Shown here: piece after piece, positions 13,232 to 25,663 of the stretch
Position numbering within the stretch: the stretch's first letter is position 1
Layout of the letters: the number at the start of each line of letters is the position of its first letter
Assembly: GCA_030704615.1 (NCBI GenBank)
Contig: CM060731.1
Location: 81,778,001 to 81,842,000, forward strand
From: Takakia lepidozioides
Lineage: Eukaryota > Plantae > Bryophyta
Direction of reading: 5' to 3'
DNA length: 64,000 nt
Position numbers and translations under genes: made by a program
The notes under the pieces: model-generated
The model's input: only the letters and a program-made list of their open reading frames with translations
Databases searched by the model: none
Told to the model about the DNA's origin: nothing

Positions 13232-16200
13232 ATGAGTTCCCCTCGCCCATGCGGAGGACTTCCAATTAATCACCCCTGTAGACAGAACAACCGGGATGAC
13301 ATGTTGTGGGAAAGAGAAGTGGCATGTGCCCGAGCCCTTGGGCTTTCAAGGATGCCATGCCCATGTGAACGTTGTTTGGGCACTACAAGTAGATCTGAGG
13401 ATGGTGTGCGCACACATCTCCTTCACCACAAAAGACATGCCGCATTTCGGGTGTGGATTGGAGATGGACCTGCAGACGAAGACGATGAGGAGTGGGCACA
13501 ATTGGACAATGCACACCCCCGAGGGAGCCATACAGACAGGCCAGACGAGGACTATGTCATGGGCGCAGGACAGGAACCAGGCATGGACGGAGGGGTGGAG
13601 ATTACTTGAATGTTGCAGGAAGCATTCCACATCATGGACGATGCTGAAGAGGGGGACGGCGCTGCGACAACTGGGGATGGTGATGACGCAGGAAATGAAG
13701 GCATTCACGTGGGGGAAGGCGTGGAAGGAGGTGGAGATGGAAATGAGAATTCTGCACACTTGACACTAGAAGAAGCATGTGTGCCACTGTACGAGGGATG
13801 CAAATCCACAAAGCTTGCTGCCAACATGCTGTTGATGAACCTGTGCACAACCCACGGTGTGTTAGACCATTTTGTGGACGAGTTGTTCTCTTTGCTTCGG
13901 CTGAACTTGCTTCCACAACCAAATGAAATGCCAAAAAGCTGTCACATGGCCAACAAAATGATTGGGAAGCTCGGCCTCAACTACGTGAAAATACATGCAT
14001 GTCCAAAAGGACATGTACTTTTCAGAAGAGAGTACAAGGACGCTATGGAGTGCCCCAAATGCGGTGCAGCCCGATACCATGATGTGGGCAGGTTACAACA
14101 GCCAACCAAGGTGTTGAGGCACTTTCCCCTTATCCCCCGTCTATTACGAATGTACAAATGCAAGACCATTAGTGAGCTCATGACTTGGCATTCCAGGAAT
14201 ACCTCAAACGATGGTGTGGTAAGGCATGTCCCAGATTCCCTTGCATGGAAGCATATAGATGCAACTTGGCCCGATTTCGCCGAGGACCCACGCAATGTGC
14301 GATTGGCTGTATCTACGGATGGAGTAAACCCATACGGATCAAAGAGTTGCACATGGTCCACATGGCCCGTGCAGTTGGTGGCATACAACCTGCCACCATG
14401 GTTGACAACAAAGAAATTCTTTGTCATGTTGTCTCTCTTGATTCTAGGCAAGGAGTCCGTGACAAATGCAAACATAGATGTGTATTTGCAACCATTGATT
14501 GAAGAGCTACAGGAACTATGGATTGGAGTTGAAGCTTATGACATTTTGAAACCAGTAGGGCAACGGAGTTTCACCCTCCGTGCCATACTCATGTGGTCAA
14601 TCCACGATTTCCCCGCATATGGCCTTGTTGCGGGTTGCAAGACGAAGGGCTACAAAGGGTGCCCCATTTGTGGGCCCTATGTGGATTCACGGCACTCAAA
14701 GCCATTAGGGAAGACAATATACATGGGGCATCGACGTTACCTTGCAAGAAACCACCCTTACCGACGAGCAGGCCGGCACTTCAATGGATGTGTTGAAAAG
14801 AGAATGGCACCAAATGCTGTGACACCGGAGGAGACATTGCAATTTGCAAAGGAGAAAGAGGCGTTCATGGAGATTGGAGGGAGAGAAGGAAGTAGTGCGG
14901 ATCCAGCCATGTTGCACGGGGTGAAGCGCCGGACAATCCTTTGGGATTTGCCATACTGGAAGGTGCATGAATCCCCCCCCCCATTCACTCACTTTCTTTC
15001 ACATTGTGCTTCCTGGAATTACCTTTACTGTCAGGAGTCCTTCCACCAACTCCTAAGTCAGTGTAACTACTATGCAGTAGATGTTGAAGTCGTACACCTC
15101 ACTGTGTAGAGGATCGTGCAGTTGTTGAAAGCAGAATGTAGTAACATGGACAACTTCTGCCACATATTCTACTATTTTTGCCCATAGAACTTGGTCTCAT
15201 GGGAGGACATTTGGCATTTCAGAACCTCTTGCAGCGGTACCTCCTGGACCCCATGCATTGTGAGAAGAACTTCTGCGAGAACATTCTGAAGACTATCTTT
15301 GGGGAGAAGGATACGATAAACGTACGAAAGGACATGGAGATTGAAGGGATACGGTCACATCTGTGGCTAAGGCCTGATCCAAATAGACCAGACAAAGTGC
15401 TCATGCCAGCAGCATCATACGTCCTGACCAAATCAGAGCAAGAGGAATTTTTGAAGACATTGGGAGCCATGAAAGTGCCAACCGGATTCTCGGGTGCTTT
15501 CCAAAAGCATGCCATAAACAAGAAATGGTCGAGGATGAAGTCACATGATCTACACGTGATGATGCAGCAGATTTTGCCAGTGTGCATTCGGGGTACGATG
15601 GCGTCGGGTCCTCGAACAGCCATAATGCGTGTAAGTCGAGTGTTTAGGAAGATTTGTGCGAAGGTGTGGGATCCGAGGGACATTACATCGCTGCATGAGG
15701 ATGTGGCTGTGACCCTATGTTTGCTGGAGAAAGAATTCCCTCCATCATTCTTTGACGTCATGACGCACTTGCTAGTGCATCTTGTAGAGGAGCTGCATGT
15801 GTGTGGGCCCGTAGCCACCCGTTGGATGTACCCCATGGAGAGGTACATGAAGGATCTGAAGGGGTATGTACGCAACATGGCACGGCCAGAGGGGAGTATG
15901 GCAGAGGGCTACATCCGCGACGAAGCCCTGGGCTTCATGACAGAGTATATGTCTTCATTTGATGCAATACAACGACGGGTGTGGGACGAGAACGAGGAAG
16001 AAGGAGTTGTAGGCGAGGTCCTAGAAGGTGGTGGAACAAAGCGTGCCATGAGCCCGCGCCTTCGGGATGTGGCACATGATTATGTGCTGAACAACACAAC
16101 AACCATGACACCATGGAGACAGTGGGTGTAAACTTTACATCCCTCCTGTGCTATTCTTAATGGTCTTTGTATGCATGAATTACATACATATATTGTCACA

Positions 16201-17303
16201 AGTCATTCCGGCCACTATGGGAGTGGGATCGTGTACTAACAGGGTGCTTCAGACGACAACAGAGGGTGTTTCGTAGTTGGTGTTGTTGCTTGCAAGTGAT
16301 CATGAAGTAGGCTGCATCACTACAATGTGCTTGAAAGGACACACTCTACATGTGGCATGCATGTACAGTACGGTGTTGGTCAGGGGGACTGAGTTGCAGC
16401 TTCTATTTGGTTTCTGCCAGAAAATACGCAGCGGAGAAGGTCCGCCTGAAAACGGAACGGAGAGCATTTGCAAAAGCATGGCGGAGGGGCGGTCATAGGC
16501 ACAGATCCCCGGTGGAGTACCCGACAACAATGGAGGAGCTGCAGCCCTTTACAGTGTGGGTCAGATCTGCAATTGCAGTGTACGCATCAGAGAACGAGGA
16601 CCCAGATGAGGGCATGGTGAGTCTGTCATTCCCCCCAGGGCTGATTGCCACTTCGTACCGGTCAATGAAAGCATATGGCAATCACTATAGAGTGGACGAT
16701 GCCAACACCAGCCTCCTGGTGACTTATGACAGCGGAGTGGCATCATTTTTTGAACAAGAGAGTAGGAGCTGTGCACGAGATCGGAATCCAATTTCATGCC
16801 ATGTGCAATATGTAGGAGTGATCAAAGAGATCCTTAAACTAGACTGTCTTGTGAAGCCAATTCTATTCCGTTGTTCTTGGGTAAAAGCCAATATGGTAGG
16901 AGAGAATGCCACCATGAAACGGGATGAGTACGGGTTCCTCCTTGCTGATTTCAGAAGAATGCTACCACAAGATGAAGAGCCATTCATCTTCCCATCGCAA
17001 GTTGAGCAAGTTTTCTTTTCAGATGACATCCATGTGCCGGGATGGAAGGTGGTTCTTCACAAGGACCCCCGGGCCAAACGAGTCGTTGCCGACGTCCATG
17101 ATCTGGACCTAGGGGAGAATGCCAACCACGAGGGTCTGAGGGAACCACGAAATCTACCAGATACGGCCGAACCAGTCTCTTTGGAAGGAGCAGTTACCTT
17201 TAATGAGGAAGACATTCCAGGGTTGGTAATTACCGCCAGGCAAATTACAGAAGTGGGTAGTGAAGGGGAAGATTATTTGGATACGGATAGTGAGCTTAGC
17301 TGA
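13232..17303 (+). CDS. CACTA transposase (transposase-associated domain, Transposase_21, DUF4218- and DUF4216-like); exons ~13232-14962, 15223-16121, 16421-17303; one in-frame TGA at 13607
   Basis: CPCERC...HLLHH, IHACPKGHVLF, CPKCG, STDGVNPY, HDFPA, DPMHCEKN, KSHDLH, RWMYPMER, EPFIFPSQVEQVFF. GT-AG junctions are phase-compatible. Confidence 0.92.
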
Positions 17304-18875
17304 ATCTCAGTGTCCATTAAGCCAGCAGCTCATAGACGAGAGCTATGCTAAGGATTCTTACTGTCCTTAGAACCCATTTTGTACAGTCCTGCTTATAAGC
17401 AAGGGCGAGACAGTTAATAGTATCGATAATGTATGGGTATGTGGTCACTGACTGTCTTGTGAACAAACCTTTTTTTGTTCTGCCCATATTGTTTCTGACA
17501 TGTGAGGAGAGGATCGTCTTCATGTACGGAAAGTAGACATGAATGTGTGCATGCATTTTCTGGCCCATCTGCATGCTTTCCAGGAACAAAGACTAGTGGA
17601 ATGGGGGGTGTCTCCAAAGGAGCAGGACCGAACGACACCTTTTTGTGCTTCCCTTGCTTTCCTTCTCACCGTTGTTCCATTCTCCCACCTGCCCAACAGC
17701 AGCACTCTCGAAGCAATAGCATGACATATGTTCGCACATGGTCTTCTTCACCAGTGAATGAGCTTTTATGCTACATGTACTGCCCCGTCCACATTAACGT
17801 TGATCCCTGCAAGCACTTGGCAAGACACCCCAGAGCCGCAAATCCAGCAACCACCACAAACACATCTAACTGATTGTAGTGACACGGGAATAGCTCACTT
17901 GTAGAGGAATTGAACCTCCAGCCAAATGACTGGCTCTGCCCCTTGTAGCACAAGTGCGATGCAAAAACAAGGTGAGTACAAAATGAAGAAGCACTTACGA
18001 GGTCCCCATCCCTGGGATGGGCTCCCACTTCTGCTCTGGAACTGTGCAGGCCTGAGTAGCACCAAATTGCATGAATCCTAAGCCTGAATGTCAAATGCAG
18101 GTTTATGTCGCGATGTAGCACGCCATCATCTTACCTGTAGTTTCCAGTTTCACTGGTGTCACATTTGCCTTCAAGTCAACATCAAAATTAAGTCCACCTA
18201 TGCGCAAATCGCAGAATCTCTCATGACACCATCTGCGTACCGAAAAACTGGTTTGGCATGATATAATTGTAGTTCACAACCTTAATGAACGCTTTCAGCC
18301 TTTACCTCTCCGTGCGCTCCATCGTGCCTCCATCCAGCACATTCTGTAAATGTTGAATGACCAAGAACCCGATGTCACACCGTTCTGAGAAGCCACTACG
18401 CGCGCTCACAGTATACGAAGGCCTTGCCGTGTCAGGATTTGCATTCCCACGTCCCGCCATGTCCGACGCAGCACTTGCATCCTTGCCAGACAGGCCAGGT
18501 GGAGGCAGCATGTATTAAAATATCTATTCCCCCAAGGCCACATTTTGTTTACCTCTTTTTGTGAAAGCCACGTCAGCAAATGTGCTGCCGAGTCATGGGT
18601 GCAATGAATGCGCAGTGGTTCATGGAGTCATTGAGTCGACTACATATTCACTTTAATGAATAAATATCTTTATTCCATTAATCGAATTAGGAATGAAAAT
18701 TTGTAGTCGCATGTGCAGTAATTACAACCACTTGCAATTTTGGCTTTTTCAAATTTTGTCTGTTTCGACTCTCCAGTAGTCCCGTTTACTACCAAGTGGT
18801 TCCCGGAGTGGTCGCGGACATGCAGTCGATTCGAAAAAGACACGAATGCTTCTAGTGAGGACATGTCTGTTGCAG

Positions 18876-20323
18876 ATGAGCACTGGTCCCACCTTCGTGT
18901 GCGGTGTGCAGAAAACATTTGCGGCTGACATGGTCATTCTCGACATCCCGGACGGCCAGGCTGTGCCAGAAGTTCTTCCGAAGGACAAGACGCCAAGCTG
19001 GAACAAATTCGATGACAACTACTAGAGTTGGGTGTTCGGGTTCTGCAATAATTTCCTCTCTGATGCAGGGACACTTCTATTTTTTCAATCATGTGACAAA
19101 GATAGTCGTCGGGCCTTGGCATCATACCTGAAGTCCTCTGGGTTTGAAGTTTTGCGCACATGGAATTGTGTGAACAACCTCTACCTTGTGAAAGGGGGTT
19201 GTCCTGGTCAGCTGGTATGTCGTCTCCCTTCTGTTTGTGCTTTCATGCTGCGTTTTTAATGTTCTCTACACTCCACTATAGAAGAATCTGTAATGATTGA
19301 CACCGATCATGACAGATTCGTGACAAAACAGATTGTTGTATGCCTGTGTTTTGAATAGCCAGTGTACAAACTTCCACTATAGTTTGTGTTTACCACCCTA
19401 ACCTGCTATCTTTGGCAGATGAGGATGTTCGAGGCGATCTGCCTGCAGAGGATTCGCACCTCAAAGACACCATCCTCCGTCCGCAGCTCTGAGATTTCTG
19501 ACCAGGGTTGTTTCGTCAACCCCCCGTATGAGCCGCATGTCGATGACATTTTGTATAACTTCATGCAGTCCAGTCAGACTCTCAAGAGACCACATGGCAC
19601 TCCCTGGAGAGGTGTAAAGGAAAAACCCCAACGTTCATGCAGATACTGCTGGAGTCATGCAGCCACCATTCTGCACGGGTGGTCGATCTTTCTGTGTCCA
19701 CAGGTTCGTTCTCTCTTTCGAATTGATTTTCTTTCACCAGTTTCATCTTCTTAAATCCCCCCCCCACCAACCTGTTCATGTCCTCCTGTCTAGTGCAGGA
19801 GCAACTTACCATGCATGCAAGGCAGGCGGAAGAAGCCTTTTTGGCATGGAGGGTGATTCTGACCTTTACAAGACAGTGCTCCTCCCCCTTTTGTCTGGCT
19901 CCACTTCAGGCACACAGACTGAGAGGATTCAAATCCGAAATGATGACGATCCCGAGGATAAGCAGGTCGACAACGACTTTTCATGTGAGTAAGTCCTAAA
20001 CCCACCTTTGGAGCCATACTCAATTTCTCGGACATCAAATTTATAGTAATAACTTTTTTCGGGTTGTGACTTGCAGGAAAGGCAACGATGGATCTTCAGG
20101 AGATACCCCCATTTGTGACGAGTCTGTTTTCGACAGCCCCCTTTCCAATTTTCTGCTTCCTGCGTATGCCGAAGCAATGGCACTTCATGCGGCCGAGTCT
20201 CTATCCCCTGACTTTTTACTGCCCGGTTGCAGGTGTAGCCAGCGTAGATCCGGAGTTCTTAAATACTTAGACTTAGATGCAGAGGACGCGGGGATACATT
20301 GTACTGACTCTGAGTCAGACTGA
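18876..20323 (+). pseudogene. Spliced beta-class DNA amino-methyltransferase-like gene (N6_N4_Mtase/PF01555-like fold) inside the CACTA element; exons 18876-19214, 19419-19703, 19799-19988, 20077-20323
   Basis: Reconstructed protein: ADMVILDIPDG...FLSDAGTLLFF...SSGFEVLRTW...PWRGVKEKPxTFMQILLESCSHHSARVVDLSVSTGATYHACKAGGRSLFGMEGD, i.e. motif order IV-VI-VIII-X-I-II. Three phase-compatible GT-AG introns. TAG at 19023 and a 1-nt frameshift near 19629. Confidence 0.72.
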
Positions 20324-20454
20324 ACTTCGTTCTTTTAATGTTCTGTTTCATCCTCTTCGGAAAACATTGAATCCCCTTACTCCACTATAGTTGTTCCGGC
20401 AGAAAAAAAAGAAAATCAAAGAAACCACTTTCATTAAAATGGCAATATGTATGA

Positions 20455-20715
20455 ATCCATCCCACAAACCCCACTCACTCTTGTCATATCCATTGTGCAT
20501 TCATCTACTGTGCATTCATGCGTGCTCCATTCATGAATGTTTTCCTTTATTCAACATCCATTATACATTCATCCACTATACTGTGTAATCCACCCCACAA
20601 ACCTACCACTCTCATGTCATATACATTGTGCATTCATCTACAGTGTATTCATGCATCCTCCAGTCATGAATGTTTTCCATTATTCAATATCCATTATAGC
20701 TTCATCCATTTTACT
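20455..20715 (+). repeat. Imperfect tandem duplication (~130 bp unit), CATTCATC-rich
   Basis: cccacaaacc...gtcatat..attgtgcattcatcta...catgaatgttttcc.ttattcaa occurs twice. Confidence 0.7.
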
Positions 20716-23700
20716 ATTACCCATCCCACATTCATCCATCTACTTTCATTTTTCACACTCATCCATCAGTTTGTCATCCACTCTACATTCATCCATCCTT
20801 CATTCATTTGTTGCTTTCAGGTGGGAATGACCACGTCCTTTTATTATGTCGTCCAGCTTGTTTCCGCGGTGAAGGGTGCTCTTCCGCGGGAATACACTCC
20901 ACTTCTTCCTTGGCGCGTGGTGACGGGGCCTTCAAGCGCGATGACGTGGAGTGAGCCCCGTGATGTGGCGTTGGCGCAAGGTGACATGGCGTGAGCGTAG
21001 TTGCGCTCACGCGCTCACGCCGAGGCATCCCTGCAAATGGGGCAGCCACCAAAGCACGTCCGCCATAACACTCTCCCTGCGAGCTCAGAAGCACATCGCG
21101 TGCTTCTGACAACGGGAGAGACAACATAGGGTTTTTTTTCCCCCGATTTTTCGTCCGTGGATGAAAAACAGTAGAACATATCCTTCTACCCTGACGGATT
21201 CCATCCGTGGCAGGGTTAAAAATAGGTTTTAGGGTAGGGGTTAGGGTTTTCCCCTTAACTAATCACAATTAGGGGTAGTAAAGATCAATTCCACGCCATA
21301 ATCATCTGTACTCGTCATCCATAAACATGTGACTTTGTGAGGATGAAAAAGTAGGGAATATCATCCGTGGCAGCGGTTTACCTCCACCTAGGTAATTCAT
21401 CATTCCTCACCAGACCATCCGGTATGGATAAAAAAGAGTCAATGAAAGAGGAATGAAAAAATATTGTCCTGGTAGTTTTTCAACCGGTATGGATGAAAAA
21501 CAGGATGTTGTTGGCAACCCTCATAGAGTCAATTTTTCATTCCTAGGTGACTCATCCGGTATGGATTAGAGTCAATAAAAGAGGAATGAAAAATACAAAA
21601 AACCATCCTAAAGTAATTCAGTGTCCATCCTGGTGGCTCATCTGGTATGGATGAAAAAGCCGATAGAGGATGGATGAGCCACTGTCAAAACCTCATCCGG
21701 TATGGGTGAAAAAACAGGAAATCAACATTGATAACAACCTGCCGGTTCCCAGTAGAGAGGGAAGATATTCATGTCATGTCAAGACATGGACAAGACCAAC
21801 TAGGGTCATTGTCAATTAAAGACATAAACAGCCCATGACAGGGCACCATCTAACATTTCCAGTCTTGTCGTAACACACCAAGTGACGCCACCCATTCAGT
21901 CATGATAAAACAGGGTGGGAGGGCGGGGTATGTTCATAATCAGATTCCTGTCATGTACCCAAGTGACCCTCTTGCACAATATAAGTCAGATTGCAGCCTC
22001 AGATTACATCATCCATAGTTATCCATAAAGATATGCACCATGCAAGATATCATGGGCATATAAGAACATCTTGCCATATTACAGATCCAAGATATATATA
22101 CACAAGTACCTTGAGGTGATCCAAGACAAGTATTATGCAAGGTCCGTAAGAACAGCCTGCCCTACAACACATTCAAGGAGTGTTCACACAAGCAACTGGA
22201 AGGATCAGCCTGCAATTAATTACACTCCGGGCCTGCCACCAAGTAAACTTCTTGGGCAAGGCAAGGCATATTGCAGCTTTACATTTGGCCAAATGTAAGC
22301 ACCCCAAAGCGTGCATCGTGCAAGGCCTTCTGGGTAGGTAAGAACAGCCTATCATCGTTCAGATTCAGGACCTGTGTACACACGACTCTTGCTGGCCCAG
22401 CCTGCAGTAAATCAGACTCCAAACATGCAACCAAGTGATCACTTTGGGCATGACAAGACTGACTGGGACTTCATTCTACATCATGTACAGTTGCCCCAAG
22501 ATATGCATCATGTAAGGCATTTTGGCATGGAAGAAAGGCCTGCCCTGTCACAGCTTCCAGATATGGACACACATACAATTTGAGTGCCCAAGACCAAGCC
22601 CACTTGGCCAAGATAAATCATACAATGCAGGTGGCTGTTCATATGGCAAAATAAAGTAACTAATCACTGGCCAGAGTCCTATAGAGCTTACCATCACTGT
22701 TTCACAGGAGGCTAATGCCATGTTTTGCAAATATAACCTCACTATGCTCCATTCCACAACAAATCCAGGTCTGAAAACGGCCTGTCATTGCCTTATCAGA
22801 CTGTCTTCTTTTACAAAAACCAGACCTCCTCATCCTTAGAACTTGGATGACTGATAGCCATCCTTAAGAATTATCAATATATGAAGCAAGGTAATTTGTT
22901 GGCTCTCTTGTATAGAGAGAGACTTTGTAACATGTTCAAGTCAACAGAGAAAATGTGGTCAAAGGACCTTCGACCGTGTCAAGGCTCCGATTGGTGTGTT
23001 GTGCTGAGTCATGCCCCTTACCTTCCTCTTATGTTTTGCCAAAGCAAGAGGGCTCATGGCCGTTTTAGGCTTGTTTGTTTTGTTTTGTTTTGTTTGTTTG
23101 TTTTGTAGCGTTGAGATCTCCCAAACTACGGGGCACAGTCCCCGTGCTTGGTACCGTTGGAAAGCCCTCGATGAGAAGGGGTGCACAGGCTACCCGAGTT
23201 GTCATCCAGAAACCCCGGTTATGTCTAGACGGGGAGACGAGACCAGCTAGGGGGTGTAACCAGACACCAGGAGTGCCTAGACGCGGTAGCTACATAGTCC
23301 ATATTCGTGAGAAGGACCAGCTGGACCAGTATTTAATGCCCAAAGTTGTAAGTATGCGATAGGGGGCAGTGTGCACTAGAGCACCTGCACCTTTCCGAGC
23401 TCGCCATGCTTAAAATCATCGGCCACCAAGTATCTCCCAAGGACACTAATGAATTTGAGTGTAATAGGTATTCCTCCTTTGCACATCAAACAGAATTCAT
23501 ACCAAGCACGGCAGTCGGATACATTTATTCCGAAGCTCAACTCGTGTTCAAAATTTTGACAGTGTAATGCTACGTTCCATGAGAACTGTAAGATGCTTAG
23601 GCAGCGAAAAACTTGGTAGGAGATCTATATCGCTGCATGCGCAAAACTTTGGGTGCAAATAGCAAAGCTCAAACGCAAAAATCTTGAAATCCTGCATGCC

Positions 23701-25663
23701 AAGCTTTTTGTACTTCCATATATTATCCTTGGGATTCGAACTCTCCGTCCCATGGAAATGGACATGCATGCAGAAGAGGGTGAGGCTTGTCTGATCAAAA
23801 TCAGTGACGGCGCAAGCCACGTGCTTGTGGGCTTTTGCGCGCCGCCGCTTTTGAGCGTTACTATCGGCGCCAAAGATTCGGGGAGATGCTGCCACCTTGC
23901 ATGTCGACACTGTCTTTGCCCAACAAGTTTTAGTTTTCGTGCATTATCCTCGAAATCCAGAACAGCATCTTGCATACAGAGTCCCAAAAAACTTTTCTGG
24001 GATCCTGTGAAGGGAGCGCAATCGATTCGAAATTTTTTGAGGATATGAAAACGTGCTCATCCCGTTCTTATTATATGGTATCTGTTGTGGGGATTGTGTG
24101 GCGGAATGACCCCACCACACAAGTGACAATCCACACAACAATTGCCGTGTCCGACACAGATCTGGCCCAAGGCAGCGGCGCCGCTTCCGCTACTCGGGCC
24201 CAAAGAAGCAGTTTATTTGTCACGACTCGCGTATATCCAAACACTGGCCCGCCCATCATGATAAGCTCAGCATTGCTCTCTGTGCAGAGCTGTATGATAC
24301 TGTGTGTCGCCGTGGCTCATAAAACAACATGACCCACGTAATCGCATTATTGAGCTTTGATAAAACTTCTTTTATGCAGGTCATGCATGTGTCTGTATAA
24401 GTATGACACGCTGCAGTCTCTGCCCATATCCACAGATTCAGAAACTGGCAGTGATGTACAGTGCGGCAGTCTCCGGACTTGTTTTCGACCTTCCTGTAGA
24501 TAATTATCAGTTAGGAGAATCTCGGCACTTTCCTTTCTGTCCTTGTTGTTCTGTGGGCGGTTTCTTTCCATCGTGGGTTGTCTAGAGGTTTTCTGGGACT
24601 GTATCACTTCAGGTTTAAGAAAAGTGTGGGGAGATAAATCTGACCATCTCTCTGTTGAAACTCCTTCCTTTTTGTGTCGCTTCCTGGGATCTACATCAGA
24701 TGTAGTGTGATTTTCCTTTAGAGATCTGGTTGCTGCCTCGATAGCAGGGAGACTACTTAATTGGTTTGCCTGTCAGTGTTCCAGTCAGGAAGCTGCCAAG
24801 TGCAACATACAGGCTATCCATGGCGTGGATTAGGCCAAAAAAGGGCCAGTTAGGCAGTGTAGAAGGCGAGTAAGCTCCACCGTATGAAATCTTTAACATA
24901 TTCGTGATATCTTCTGCTCAGAGGTGGGTGGAAGGAAGCTCTTGAACCAGTTTTTCTCTGTGTTGTTGTGTTTAAGCGAGTTGTATATTCATGGATTCTT
25001 CCTATGAACGTACCCTCGATGTGTAAGCCAGACTGAGTGTAAGATAACGTGAAGGAAAACAACTGAGAAATGAAATGAGAGGAAGACACGAATGGGCACA
25101 TGCGGATATTTTGTAGAGGGGGTGGAGTATTGGGGCGAGGGAAAGCTGATTACTTGAGCTCAGATGGAGAGAGGAAAAAGGGAGGCATGGAAACTCTCTC
25201 TTTTGGAGGGCTCCGTATACATTCTGAATTTCTATAAGTTTTTTACCTGCGCGCCCACGGGGGCCTGGGAGGCTATAAGGGTTATTCACATTTCTAGGGG
25301 ACCAAGGCAGGGAGAGACATTATTCTGTGAAGGCGCTTTCTGTTTTTCTCTTCATAACTGTGAAACTATTTACTGTCAGTTTTCTTCACCGTCCAGTGAT
25401 CATACATGTATTGAGGAGAAATCATGTGCAGTCCCCTAGACAATTCTCTCTCTCCTCTCAGGCTTAAGCAGATTCTTCTCCTTTCAGCTTTGACAACGAA
25501 TCTACAGAATGTATGAAGAAGCAATCCACAGTAAAGGAAACTTTCTGTGTGGCGTTTATGTGCACCTGAGGCGCCTCCGTGGCTTTCGTGTGATTTGGTT
25601 TACGAAGCTGATTGGATGTATCTGGTCAGTGTCTAAGCAGGTGTGTAAGCAAGTGTCTGTCAA

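Larger units (their letters stand above)
12671..21757 (+). mobile_element. CACTA (En/Spm) DNA transposon family B, left end apparently deleted
   Basis: Contains a TnpD-type transposase, cargo genes, TCATCC/GGATGA subterminal repeats (21160-21750) and a TIR-like end gccggttcccagtagag. No matching left TIR found. Confidence 0.75.

Noticed and set aside
19023-19025. In-frame stops rescued by U-to-C RNA editing
   Set aside because: Such editing is organellar; these are nuclear intron-containing loci that also carry frameshifts.
23100-23410. Possible small non-autonomous DNA transposon (ttggaaagccctcgatgag motif)
   Set aside because: Could not identify paired TIRs or a TSD.
23548-24332. Several overlapping 120-130 aa ORFs
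   Set aside because: No recognisable domain or consistent splice structure; cannot support a gene call.
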